A stretch of DNA of 64,000 bases from Candidatus Bathyarchaeota archaeon (GTDB taxonomy: Archaea; Thermoproteota; Bathyarchaeia; Bathyarchaeales; Bathycorpusculaceae): positions 32,001 through 96,000 of the forward strand of contig CAWDYC010000011.1 in the NCBI GenBank assembly GCA_963806535.1, given 5' to 3'. The notes beneath the pieces are model-generated. The model saw nothing but the letters and a program-made list of their open reading frames with translations. It ran no database searches and had not been told where the DNA came from. Below are positions 33,978-43,184 of the stretch, piece after piece. Both the position numbers and the translations under genes were made by a program. Within the stretch, counting starts at the first letter, position 1. Every line of letters starts with the position of its first letter.

Positions 33978-34057
33978 AGTCAACAAACTTTGACTTAATT
34001 TCAGTCAAGAGACCTTTACGAGAAGCCTTATAACAAAAACCAGTCCCAAATGTAATC
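33978..34057 (+). repeat. Module A copy 1: AGTCAA-N6-TTGACT-N7-AGTCAA-N6-TTTACG plus BRE/TATA (AGAAGCCTTATAA) and leader
   Basis: Near-identical to 36725-36804 and to the reverse complement of 59058-59110. Confidence 0.85.
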
Positions 34058-34834
34058 ATGGGAAGTATAGGCAAGAGTTTCGCATTAATTCTAATTCTAA
34101 TCCTAATAATACCTATCTTAAGTCTGAGTCTATCGTTTGTTAAACCGGCGTTTGCCCAGACAGCGGCTACACCGTCTACTCCAGAATTCACCATTAAGCT
34201 AGGTGTTGCTTCCAACGATGTACCTTCCACTTACTCATTAAATTCGAGTTCAGGACAGACAATAGCGCAACCTGGTTACCATGAAGAGTACACCACTATA
34301 GAATTGGTTATCAAGAATCAACCTCTCGTATTCACCAATTATCCGGGTTGGAACGGTGTAGGGTTCTTCTACAACGTTCGCACAACGACCACACCGGATA
34401 CTGGCAGCTGGAATGAACTCTATAATGCTCAGGATGGATATTTAATCCCAGCAAACAGTTCGTACACAACCGTGTCTATTCCTTTCAAAGGTAATGACAT
34501 GATTGATATTCAAGTTGAAGCGATGATAGGACAAATTGTTAAACTACAAGTATCTGACCCTAACACTCCAAGCCACTGGCGTGATGCAGGTACCAGTCTT
34601 TTTGAAGGTCAATTTAGCGGATGGAGCGCTAATCAAACAGCAACCATTAGCGACACAATTACCTACTTAGAATCTTCTCCAACAGCAACCCCAGCTTTAC
34701 CGTCAGCTAATACTGCTACTTCCTCATCGACTCTCTTTTTGATAATCGCCATAACAATCATAGTAATCGCATTCCTGTTAGGCATTATAATTTCATTAGT
34801 TATCTATTTTAGAAAACGAATAGTCACTAAGTGA
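34058..34834 (+). CDS. Exported membrane-anchored hypothetical protein (MGSxGKxFA signal family)
   Basis: Signal peptide, PSxPEFT, FFYNVR, IDIQVEAMIG, SGWS..QT.TI, TM plus RKR. Confidence 0.8.
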   Translation: MGSIGKSFALILILILIIPILSLSLSFVKPAFAQTAATPSTPEFTIKLGVASNDVPSTYSLNSSSGQTIAQPGYHEEYTTIELVIKNQPLVFTNYPGWNGVGFFYNVRTTTTPDTGSWNELYNAQDGYLIPANSSYTTVSIPFKGNDMIDIQVEAMIGQIVKLQVSDPNTPSHWRDAGTSLFEGQFSGWSANQTATISDTITYLESSPTATPALPSANTATSSSTLFLIIAITIIVIAFLLGIIISLVIYFRKRIVTK

Positions 34835-34861
34835 CCTTTTCCCACGGTAGCAACAAACTTA

Positions 34862-34950
34862 ATAAAATTGTGTCACTCAAAAAATAGTCAATAAACTTAC
34901 TAATTTCGGTAAACCGCTTAGTCAAGAAAGCTTGACGAAAACTCTTTTAT
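34862..34950 (+). repeat. Module A copy 2 (degenerate) with upstream TGTCACTCAAAAA segment
   Basis: AATTGTGTCACTCAAAAAATAGTCAATAAAC matches the reverse complement of ~59100-59130; AGTCAA-GAAAGC-TTGACG at 34920-34937 precedes a TATA-like TTTTAT. Confidence 0.75.
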
Positions 34951-34983
34951 CGCTAATTACAAAAAAAGACTATTAGAGTTAGA

Positions 34984-35538
34984 ATGAATAAAAAAATAAT
35001 ATCCGCAGTAGCTTTGGTAACTATTTTGTTTGCAACTGTATTCACTGGCACGTTTGTTTATTATAACTCTCAAATTGCAAATCTAAAAATGAAAATCTCA
35101 AGCCTTCAAGCTCAAATAGCAGAAAAGTCGTCCATAAATCTTGTCACAGCATTAGGGGTAACTGAAATAGCTGCTGAATACGGTCTGGGCGGTATTCCAC
35201 CTTATAATCACCTTTGGATTGATGGCACAGTAACAAATCAGGGAGGAGGATTTGTATATTACACAGGATTGCATGTCCTTGCTTATGCTGCCAATGGAAC
35301 TTTGGAAATAAACATGACTGTCCCCATAAATCCGTTGAATGAGAACTCTCAGACGAACACTGGGTGGTACGGCACTGATGAAAGAATTTACGCTTATCTT
35401 TCGAGCTATGGGGATTATTCTTCGTACCAACGTGGAAATTTACGCAGTGGGGAAACATCGGATGTTAATATCCACATTTTTCATGAAGGCATAGTTTCTA
35501 ATTGGACTATAACGCCAGTTTGGACAAATTCACCGTAG
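34984..35538 (+). CDS. N-terminally anchored exported protein (coiled coil plus FxLYD-like Ig domain)
   Basis: N-terminal TM, LWIDGTVTNQG...GLHV.AY..NG. Confidence 0.7.
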   Translation: MNKKIISAVALVTILFATVFTGTFVYYNSQIANLKMKISSLQAQIAEKSSINLVTALGVTEIAAEYGLGGIPPYNHLWIDGTVTNQGGGFVYYTGLHVLAYAANGTLEINMTVPINPLNENSQTNTGWYGTDERIYAYLSSYGDYSSYQRGNLRSGETSDVNIHIFHEGIVSNWTITPVWTNSP

Positions 35539-35595
35539 TCAAGACCCCAAAACAATTTCGGATTTGGTTCAAGTATCTCAAAAACTTTGGTAAAA

Positions 35596-35714
35596 AGTGT
35601 GCCACTCAAAAAGAATTCTGAGTGGTTTGCGAAAGACCAAGCTTAATTGAAAAAGGAGGTTTAGTAGAAGTTGCGTGTTTCTTTGCGTTTCTCTGCTTCT
35701 TCATAGAAACGCAA
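35596..35714 (+). repeat. Module D copy 1 (hairpin-containing element between exported gene and vapBC)
   Basis: AATTCTGAG(T)GGTTTGCGAAAGACCAAGC...GTAGAAGTT...TCTTTGCGTTTCTCTGCTTCTTCATA matches the reverse complement of 58193-58283. Confidence 0.8.
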
Positions 35715-35900
35715 CCTTAGAATTGGGGGCGGTCCCAAATTGTTTGCTTCACCAAGTTCAGAGAGCGTCATAAATTTCTCATAAATAGCAATCAACAAAT
35801 AAGAAAATAGGGGTAAGCAATAAGTGAAGAAGCCAGCAGTAAAAAATTACTAAGGCTAAAGGCAGATGACATCCAGCACACCAGCGTTCCAAGCATAGGA

Positions 35901-36272
35901 TTAGACGATTTTTATGTTGCTACCAACACTGGCAAGTTTTCGATCCCTTGTTAGCAATACCTCATCGTGCGCCAATGATATGCCGGCAATAAGCAAATCG
36001 TTCTCATTAATCATTCTGCCGGAATCCTTAAGCTCTTTAAAAAGAATCGCGGCTTTTCTTGCAGCGTCACTATCGAATGGATAGATAGTTAATTCCGAGA
36101 GGAAATCTTCTGCCAGCTGTCTCTTCAGCTTTGTCTTATGCTTAAGCAATTCATACTCAGTTATGCTGGTTGTCTTTATTTCTTCCTCGTTGGCGATTTC
36201 TTGTATTAAGGAAACAAGCTTTTCGTCGCCGGCTATGAAATCAATGATAACGCTTGTATCGATTAACATCAT
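35901..36272 (-). CDS. vapC: VapC PIN-domain toxin
   Basis: LIDTSVIID, T.YEL, ND.LIAG...LLTRD. Confidence 0.93.
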   Translation of the reverse strand: MMLIDTSVIIDFIAGDEKLVSLIQEIANEEEIKTTSITEYELLKHKTKLKRQLAEDFLSELTIYPFDSDAARKAAILFKELKDSGRMINENDLLIAGISLAHDEVLLTRDRKLASVGSNIKIV

Positions 36273-36505
36273 TATTCCTCTTCGAATGATCTGCCGTAAT
36301 TTGCTTCCCTTTCAGCAGCAATTTGTATTTTTAGCTGCTCAAGTTTTTCCTTTTCGTTTTTCATAACTCCTGCAAATTTCATTATGTCGGTTTTCTTTTT
36401 TGTTGAGCAGAGGCTTTCTTTTATTACTTCGGAGAAGCTTTTTTTGCCTTTTCGCTTTGATAGAAGTTCGTAGACTTCATTTGAGACTGAAATCTGTCGT
36501 GCCAT
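36272..36505 (-). CDS. vapB: VapB antitoxin
   Basis: MARQISVSNEVYELL...KSFSEVI...FAG; overlaps the vapC start. Confidence 0.88.
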   Translation of the reverse strand: MARQISVSNEVYELLSKRKGKKSFSEVIKESLCSTKKKTDIMKFAGVMKNEKEKLEQLKIQIAAEREANYGRSFEEE

Positions 36506-36712
36506 CTTAGTTCCTTCAATACATAGTGTATACATACTTACTGATAAATCTTCTCAGATGAGGCATCTACCTGAACGATCAGTAGCCCGATTAGCCGAAA
36601 TATGCATTTTAGTACATGTTTAGGTCTGGTATTTTTTACAAGCTATGGAGAAACCGATACTTGGGATAAGAGATCAACAGGGTAACTTCCCAAACTTAGT
36701 TTTAAGGCATCT

Positions 36713-36804
36713 CTCAAAAACAGCAGTCAAAAAACCTTGACTACATTTCAGTCAAAAAACCTTTACGAGAAGCCTTATAACAAAAACCAGTTCCAGATGT
36801 AAAC
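36713..36804 (+). repeat. Module A copy 3 plus promoter and leader
   Basis: CTCAAAAA..AGTCAA-AAAACC-TTGACT-N7-AGTCAA-AAAACC-TTTACG-AGAAGCCTTATAACAAAAACCAGT. Confidence 0.85.
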
Positions 36805-37650
36805 ATGGGTAGCTGCGGCAAAGTTTTCGCAATATTCTTTATTCTAATTATGGTCATCTCAGCTCTAAATCTATTGATGATAAAACCCGCATGTGCGCAG
36901 TCAATACCCACACCCTCTATTCCCCAGTTCACCATTAAGTTCGTAAATGCTTCCTAAGTTTAACTACAACAAATTCTTATACTGGAGTAAATGAAACTCA
37001 GCTAATTATTAATAACTCAATTGAAATTACAATAAATAACCAGTTCTTTGACAATTCAAACAACAAAATATATTACAATATTCGAACTAAACCTCACTTT
37101 TCAGAAAATTGGACTGAAGTTTACCCAATACAAAACAGAACTAGTTCCTACAATGGAGATGGCACTTTCTCTTTTGCATGGTATATTGACGATTCTTCTC
37201 CGAAATCAAATTCAAGTTACACCACTATTGCTTTCCCTGTTGTAGCAACTGAATATTATTCAGAATCAGGCTTTGATATTCAGAGGTACTATTCTGGAGA
37301 TATAAGTCAAGAAGGTAGATACTTTGCGTTTTTACATGGTATTCCAGCCAATGCTCAAATTGATTTCCAAGTAGAGGCATTAGTTGGGCATAATTCTACA
37401 TACTGGTATATTCAACATCCTCTTTACCCTACGATTGGTGGATATTCAGCCCCTGCCATTGCATACGACTTAACAAGTGGTTGGAGTAATGCACAAACAG
37501 TAACTATAAGTTCAACTTCTGGTCACCAACTTCAACTCCTACCGTTCCAGAGTTTCCGCTTGTTAGCAATTTTGCCCTTGTCACTCTTAGTGCTCTTTAT
37601 TGCGTTTAAGCAAAAGCTAAAGAAACCAAATCTCCTAGGTTGGACAATGA
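36805..37650 (+). CDS. Exported protein, paralog of 34058..34834, with VPEF (PEF-CTERM-like) anchor; frameshifted, absent from the ORF track
   Basis: MGSCGKVFAIFF...AQSIPTPSIPQFTIK; restoring one base near 36957 gives YYNIR.KPH...IDFQVEALVG...SGWSN.QTVTI...PTVPEF. Confidence 0.7.
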
Positions 37651-37680
37651 GTGACCAGCGAATAATGGATGTGTTAGCTC

Positions 37681-37932
37681 ATGGCTGAATCCGTAAATTT
37701 TGAACCCAAAAGTTTAGGCGATTTAAGCCAGTTTCTGGAAGAAAATAAAGACACTTACCATGAAATCTGGGTAATTATAACAAATAAAAAGGCTGCTTTT
37801 CCTCAGGTAGTATCATTCAACGATGTCGTGAGTGAAGCAAAAAAACAAGGGCTAATTGATAGCCGCATAAAAAATGTTGATGAAAAACGTTACATGATTC
37901 GTTTGACAAAAAGATTAAAGCCTGAAGTTTGA
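37681..37932 (+). CDS. YdeI/OmdA N-terminal-like small protein
   Basis: FL..N.....EIWV...K....VS..D.V.EA...G.IDS..K..DE.RY..R.T.R. Confidence 0.65.
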   Translation: MAESVNFEPKSLGDLSQFLEENKDTYHEIWVIITNKKAAFPQVVSFNDVVSEAKKQGLIDSRIKNVDEKRYMIRLTKRLKPEV

Positions 37933-38049
37933 AAATTTGAAAATAATGTGCTAAATTTGTCAATGCCGTAAAATCAGTACCTAACGAATAATTGTGCTAA
38001 TTGTAAGGCTAAGATTCTGTAATTTATGGTTTGAATCCAGAAGGAATAG

Positions 38050-38238
38050 AATACCTCTCACTTCCGAATAGATGAACCAATACCAGAAAAACCAAAAGGA
38101 ATTCCATACACCTTTAAACCTAACACTAATGTTTGGAATTGCCCTCAATGTGGAAGTTAGAATCCAAACGATTATGAATTCTGTTATGTATGCCGTATAG
38201 TTCCTAAACCAAAAGAAGCCTTAACGATAAAACAGTAA
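38050..38238 (+). pseudogene. Degenerate gene remnant with RanBP2-type zinc finger
   Basis: WNCPQCGS*NPNDYEFCYVCR (TAG at 38158); further in-frame stops at 38047 and 38032. Confidence 0.45.
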
Positions 38239-38450
38239 TTCTTCTTTTAACTGAAATTTGAAGGGGTAATATTTGGATGGTTAATATTGATAAAGAAATA
38301 GACGTTCCTTGTTAGTACTGTGGACATAAAACTAAGATCAGGATTTCTGGAAGTCTACCTATTGTACCTAAAAATATAGTATAAGAAAAAATCAAAAATT
38401 CTTCAAGTTTCTTTAGTTTACTTTACCGAATATTTTTGTTCTTCGTAACA

Positions 38451-40226
38451 TCAGATTTCTTGTTCTGATAATAATTTAAATTCAAACCTATCGGCATTAA
38501 GGAAGTTTCTCAACCTTGCTTTCTCAATCTCTAAAGTCCACTTTTTAAATTCTCCCTGGGGAATGACGTTTTGGCGTATAGCATTTTGAATATTATCAAT
38601 TAATTGCCTTATATCACCCGTATCGTTCTCAAAAACCTTGTATTCCCATGGGTTTACCCCATTTCTTAAGTTGATAAAATATTGTGATAAGGCTTCAAGT
38701 TTTTTAATGCTTTTAATTATTGGATTCAGCCTATCTTTGAACTTTGGTGTTAACAATTCAAGTTTTCTATTATTTTCATCAAGTAAAGGGTTAATCCATT
38801 CACTAACCACTTTTCTTAGATCGTTTCTTTCATCTGAAAGTCCAAACAAAAAGCAATCCTGATGTGAGTTTGTTATTTTGAGATTATCTACACTTAGAAG
38901 TGTTAACGAGTCATTTACTCGCTGTAACCAAATATCCTCAAATCCATCTTTGGAGATTATAGAATGCAGCAAGCTTCTAAAGCTCATTTGAAGTCTTGTT
39001 TGTGAAGGATTAAACTCAAGCTCGTTCCAGCTTTTTCTTATTTTCTTTTCTAAAATGCTTTGAGCTTTTGCCGTAAACTCTTCTTGTAAACACGTTCTTA
39101 ATAGAGATTGCCAATCAGGTGTATCTCCAGATTTCTCCTGTTCTAAAAACCCCTTTTCAGTTCTAATAATATTTTGAAGAGCTCTTAAGTAATTGTTTTT
39201 CAGCAGATGAATAATAGTTGAAAAAGGATAAGGTAAGCAGAAAACCTTTCCTGATAATCTTGAGAGAGCTTTTGTGTTTTTGTCAACGTATCTAAGTTTT
39301 GTTTCATAAAGTTCTTGAGCGTTAGGGTCAACTATAATCACGTTTAGGTCTTCATTTGCTCTTGCAGCATCCCATAACATATGTATGATATATTCATCTC
39401 TAAACGAGTATCCAACAACTACTAAGAATTTTGCTCTTTGAAAAAGCGTTTTTTTAAACATTAACTGTAAATCTGTTAGTGGTTCAACGTACTCTGATTT
39501 TTGTGCTGGATAAATTAGCAAAGGCTTTACATCTTCGCCATAGATAAGTCTCAAATCTATAGGGTCTTCAAACATTTCCACGAAAGCAGAAACAGGAATT
39601 TTAATACATTCTTTTGTCTTCTCATTTTGATACCATATTACTGAACCATGAAGCTTATAGTGAAAAACATCATAATTTTTGAAGTTATTTTCATTCCAAG
39701 TAATATCAAACCCATCAGTATAGCTACGATGATTTAGATAGCAAGATTGTTCAATACATGTATCATAGTTTGTTGAAAAAATTTCAACAGGTGAATCAAA
39801 GCTAAACAACTCTTGCAAATATTCAAGATTTTTTTGGTTTTCAATCACCACTTTTCTTCTAATAAAATTTTGGAGGAACCTTTCAATGAATAAAAGCTCT
39901 GATTGCTTCAGTTTATATTTTAACTCAAGGTTATTGTAAAAATAAAGAAGCGGTTCTTTATCCCTTCCAATAAGACGGCGAAGCGTGTCTAAGAGTTGTT
40001 CAACATCTACGCTTTTTTTGTCTTCACCCAAGAGCTTAACATTATACTTCTCTCTTATTTTCAAAATTCTAGATAAAAGTTCACCAAATTCAGGACGTTC
40101 ATTATTGACATAACTTTCAAATTCTTTGACAAAACTGTAAGTATCTGGAACGCCAGCATCTACAGATGCTCCAGCACCAAAAAGAAAAACCAGTGCTTCT
40201 CTGCGTTCTTTCTCTGTTGTACTCAA
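38451..40226 (-). CDS. SIR2-family (SIR2_2-like) protein, probable anti-viral NADase effector
   Basis: FLFGAGAS, STNYD, YKLHGS, VVGYSFRD.YI; long uncharacterised helical C-terminus; very AT-rich. Confidence 0.85.
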   Translation of the reverse strand: MSTTEKERREALVFLFGAGASVDAGVPDTYSFVKEFESYVNNERPEFGELLSRILKIREKYNVKLLGEDKKSVDVEQLLDTLRRLIGRDKEPLLYFYNNLELKYKLKQSELLFIERFLQNFIRRKVVIENQKNLEYLQELFSFDSPVEIFSTNYDTCIEQSCYLNHRSYTDGFDITWNENNFKNYDVFHYKLHGSVIWYQNEKTKECIKIPVSAFVEMFEDPIDLRLIYGEDVKPLLIYPAQKSEYVEPLTDLQLMFKKTLFQRAKFLVVVGYSFRDEYIIHMLWDAARANEDLNVIIVDPNAQELYETKLRYVDKNTKALSRLSGKVFCLPYPFSTIIHLLKNNYLRALQNIIRTEKGFLEQEKSGDTPDWQSLLRTCLQEEFTAKAQSILEKKIRKSWNELEFNPSQTRLQMSFRSLLHSIISKDGFEDIWLQRVNDSLTLLSVDNLKITNSHQDCFLFGLSDERNDLRKVVSEWINPLLDENNRKLELLTPKFKDRLNPIIKSIKKLEALSQYFINLRNGVNPWEYKVFENDTGDIRQLIDNIQNAIRQNVIPQGEFKKWTLEIEKARLRNFLNADRFEFKLLSEQEI

Positions 40227-40361
40227 AGCTTTTCCCAGACTATTCTTAATGACTGTGTAAAGTTATAACATTTACCAAAGTTGTTAGTCTTAAGTTAAGT
40301 TCATCTAATGATAAATCTTAAATCTGCATAGAGTGGAATAGACGAAAAGAGAAAAAGCAAA

Positions 40362-40502
40362 ATGGCTACTTACAAACAGATTCAAGCCTATGTAAAAAAC
40401 AAACACGGTTTCCTGCCTAAAACTTGCTGGATTGCTCACGCAAGAGAGGTTTATGGTCTTCCATCAAGAAAAGCATGGAACAGACTTTTAAAAACTAACT
40501 GA
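40362..40502 (+). CDS. Small hypothetical protein, possibly truncated
   Basis: MATYKQIQAYVKNKHGFLPKTCWIAHAREVYGLPSRKAWNR; recalls a widespread small ATY.QIQ..V helix family. Confidence 0.5.
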   Translation: MATYKQIQAYVKNKHGFLPKTCWIAHAREVYGLPSRKAWNRLLKTN

Positions 40503-40698
40503 GTTCTTAACTCTAAGTTTCCAGAGTACATAAGAACGTAGATCTTAAGCAAGAAAAACTATAAGTTAGGTATCATAGTAAAGAAAGAAGTTAGTTTAAT
40601 GCGAAGGTTGAACTTAAGAAATTTCAATACTAAAAACATTGATACTTTTAAGTTCCACACCCACATTAAATAGGAAACACAAGGAAGATGCGGGCAAT

Positions 40699-41787
40699 TT
40701 GGATATAGAAAAGAAAATTGAGTTAATCTGCAGACCGCCAACAGAAGAAGTAGTTACTCCAGAAGATTTGCGTCAGCTTTTGGAAACAGAAGAGCATCCT
40801 GTAGCCTACAACGGCTGGGAGCCTTCTGGCTTGGCACATCTTGGAACAGGCGTTATCTGCGCTTACAAAATGAAAGACTTCGCCGAAGCAGGCGTCCATT
40901 TCAAAGCTTTTTTGGCGACTTGGCATGCATGGTTAAACAATAAGCTTGGCGGCGACCGAGTACTTATTCGCAAAGCCGCTGAGCTTTTCAGGCATTCATG
41001 GTTGTCGCTTGGTGTGCCCGGAGATAAGGTTGAGTTCATTTATTCTGACGAGCTCTACAAGGATATTGATTATTGGGCTAAAACAGTCATAATTTCAAAG
41101 AATCTCACCTTAGCCCGAACTACAAGAACACTTGAAATCGCTGGCAGAAAAGAAGGAGAAGCACACTACGTCTCAGATTATCTTTATACACCAATGCAAG
41201 TTGCTGATATTTTCGAGATGAAAGTGAAAATCTGCCAGTTAGGCATGGATCAACGAAAAGCAAACATGGTTGCAAGGGAAATCGGCGAAAAAGTAGGCTG
41301 TTGGAAACCAGTCTGCGTTCATCACCACCTGCTTCAGGGCTTAGAAAAACCTTCGATTTGGCCTATTCCTGAGGGTCAAGAGAAAGAAGCTGTTGCCTCA
41401 GCGAAGATGTCTAAGAGCAAACCTCAAACCTGCATTTTCATCTATGATACGCCCGAGGAAATTAAGCAGAAAATGAGCAAAGCGTTCTGTCCTGAAAGAA
41501 CCGTTAAATTCAACCCGATAATGGACATTTGCAAGTACATAGTTTTCCGAGAAAAACCCGTTTTGAAGATTGAACGCCCAGCCAAATTTGGCGGCAATAT
41601 CGAGTTTCAAAGCTTCCAAGAACTCGAATCAGCCTATGCGGAAGGCAAACTGCATCCAATGGACCTCAAAAACGGCGTTGCAGCCGAACTTGCAGATATA
41701 TTAGAGCCTGTTAGGCGTTACTTTGCAAATAATATGGAAGCGAAGGATTGTTTGGAGACTGTACGCCAGGCAAAGATAACAAGGTAA
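40699..41787 (+). CDS. tyrS: Tyrosine--tRNA ligase (archaeal type)
   Basis: YNGWEPSG..HLG, YTPMQVADI, GMDQRK, KMSKS, LHPMDLK. Confidence 0.95.
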   Translation: MDIEKKIELICRPPTEEVVTPEDLRQLLETEEHPVAYNGWEPSGLAHLGTGVICAYKMKDFAEAGVHFKAFLATWHAWLNNKLGGDRVLIRKAAELFRHSWLSLGVPGDKVEFIYSDELYKDIDYWAKTVIISKNLTLARTTRTLEIAGRKEGEAHYVSDYLYTPMQVADIFEMKVKICQLGMDQRKANMVAREIGEKVGCWKPVCVHHHLLQGLEKPSIWPIPEGQEKEAVASAKMSKSKPQTCIFIYDTPEEIKQKMSKAFCPERTVKFNPIMDICKYIVFREKPVLKIERPAKFGGNIEFQSFQELESAYAEGKLHPMDLKNGVAAELADILEPVRRYFANNMEAKDCLETVRQAKITR

Positions 41788-41792
41788 AGCGT

Positions 41793-42206
41793 TTGTCTAC
41801 AAGATTGAAAGACAAAGAGGAAAAAATCCAGCAAATAATAGAACAATTAACTAGACGAATCAGCTAAGGGAACACTGGTTGTTGTTGAAGGCAAAAAAGA
41901 TGAGTTAGCGCTTCAGAGAGTTAGGCGTTAGCGGCAAAATTTTTACTGTGAAGACAGGCGGCAAATCCTTTTTGCAAGCAACTGAGGAAATAGAAAGATT
42001 AGGTATCACCGAGGTTATTCTTCTGTTGGATTTTGATCGAAGAGGAAAAGAAGGCACTTTGCGTCTTAAAATACAACTTGGAAAGGGCAAAAATCAAGCC
42101 AGACATGAGGTTTTGGCTTGAGTTGAAAGCGTTGGTTGGAAGAGATATCCGATGCATTGAAAGCTTGCAATCCTTCTTGAGTACTCTTCAAGAAAAAGTT
42201 AGCTAA
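41793..42206 (+). CDS. Toprim-domain (RNase M5-like) protein, frameshifted
   Basis: VVVEGKKD..AL..LG, ILLLDFDRRG across frames. Confidence 0.8.
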
Positions 42207-42461
42207 GCTCATATCGAACTATTAAATTCTTAAAATTTTTGTATTTTTTAAGAATAGGTTGTTTTTTCTTTTTTCAAAATACATATAGTTCTTAATGCTG
42301 CAACCTGACCAAATGGTCCGATAATTCAAAATCCAAAAAATAAAAAAAAGGTGATTACTCCCTGTTACAGCCATTAATTTGGAAGATTACTAGTAGTCTA
42401 TATTCTCGCTTCAAATTTGTTAAATATGATTTCTTCTAGACTCTTTGATCGATAAAACACG

Positions 42462-42722
42462 GTGACAAAATTCAAGACAATTAAACCGGGAACTGCTAGT
42501 CTTCCCCTAATGATCTTTGGTTTCTTAGGCAGCTGCGTCGGTATAGTTGCTGATGGTGTATGGATTACTTTTCTAGTTCTTGGTTTCAGTTGGACCGTTT
42601 CTGGCTTAGCATATTTTTTCGCTGACCGAGAAATTACTGATGGAGGTTTGTCGATGGCTTTCTTTTTAGGAATAGTTGGTACACTTCTCTGGCTTTTGGT
42701 TGACTTAAGTCGAACCCAATAA
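42462..42722 (+). CDS. Small membrane protein
   Basis: Three hydrophobic segments. Confidence 0.55.
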   Translation: MTKFKTIKPGTASLPLMIFGFLGSCVGIVADGVWITFLVLGFSWTVSGLAYFFADREITDGGLSMAFFLGIVGTLLWLLVDLSRTQ

Positions 42723-42763
42723 TTTAGCTCTAAATAATCTCCTCATGTCAATTGTGACTACTG

Positions 42764-43000
42764 TTATTTGTTTTGAATGTTTGGTTCCTCAGGTGGATTA
42801 GATGGAGGGGGCGGGGGAAGCAAAGTTTCAGGTGGCGGAGGTGGATAAACTGATGCACTCGCGAGAGCCAAGAACAAAATGAAACAAACACCCGAAATTA
42901 ACGTCAAGAGAAAATTCCCTACGCCTATTCCAACAGCCCAGCAAAGGAAACTAAAAATAGATATTATTGAACATACTACTCTTCGATCAATTTGCCTCAT
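42764..43000 (-). CDS. Small membrane protein with Pro-rich tail
   Basis: Two TM segments, then PPPPPETLLPPPPP. Confidence 0.6.
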   Translation of the reverse strand: MRQIDRRVVCSIISIFSFLCWAVGIGVGNFLLTLISGVCFILFLALASASVYPPPPPETLLPPPPPSNPPEEPNIQNK

Positions 43001-43080
43001 ATTTTAAGTTTCCTCGAATTTTCTTCATGATTTTTTACTTTTAACTTCAGCCGTTCCACTATTTTTACTCAATGGTTGGT

Positions 43081-43104
43081 TGGACAAAAATTTAATCCAC
43101 AGCA
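43081..43104. repeat. Palindrome P, outlying degenerate copy
   Basis: GGACAAAAATTTAATCCACAGCA resembles the reverse complement of 60487-60510. Confidence 0.45.
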
Positions 43105-43184
43105 TTACAGTTTTATTGGTCTGTTTTTTATCCATAGAACCCTTTTTATAAATCTCAAACGTTCCCTAGTAATGGCGAAATTTT

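Noticed and set aside
33843-36804. Canonical integron (intI plus attC)
   Set aside because: No integrase here; the repeats lack paired RYYYAAC...GTTRRRY ends, and the genes carry their own promoters.
33976-36935. Minus-strand ORFs 33976..34230 and 36741..36935 sharing GTGFCYKASRKG
   Set aside because: They are antisense shadows of the conserved promoter/leader DNA of the plus-strand genes.
34058-37650. Diversity-generating retroelement
   Set aside because: No reverse transcriptase, and no TR/VR pair differing specifically at adenines.
38158-38160. Pyrrolysine or readthrough at the TAG inside the RanBP2 finger
   Set aside because: More stops lie just upstream in the same frame, there is no start, and no pyl genes are visible; decay is simpler.
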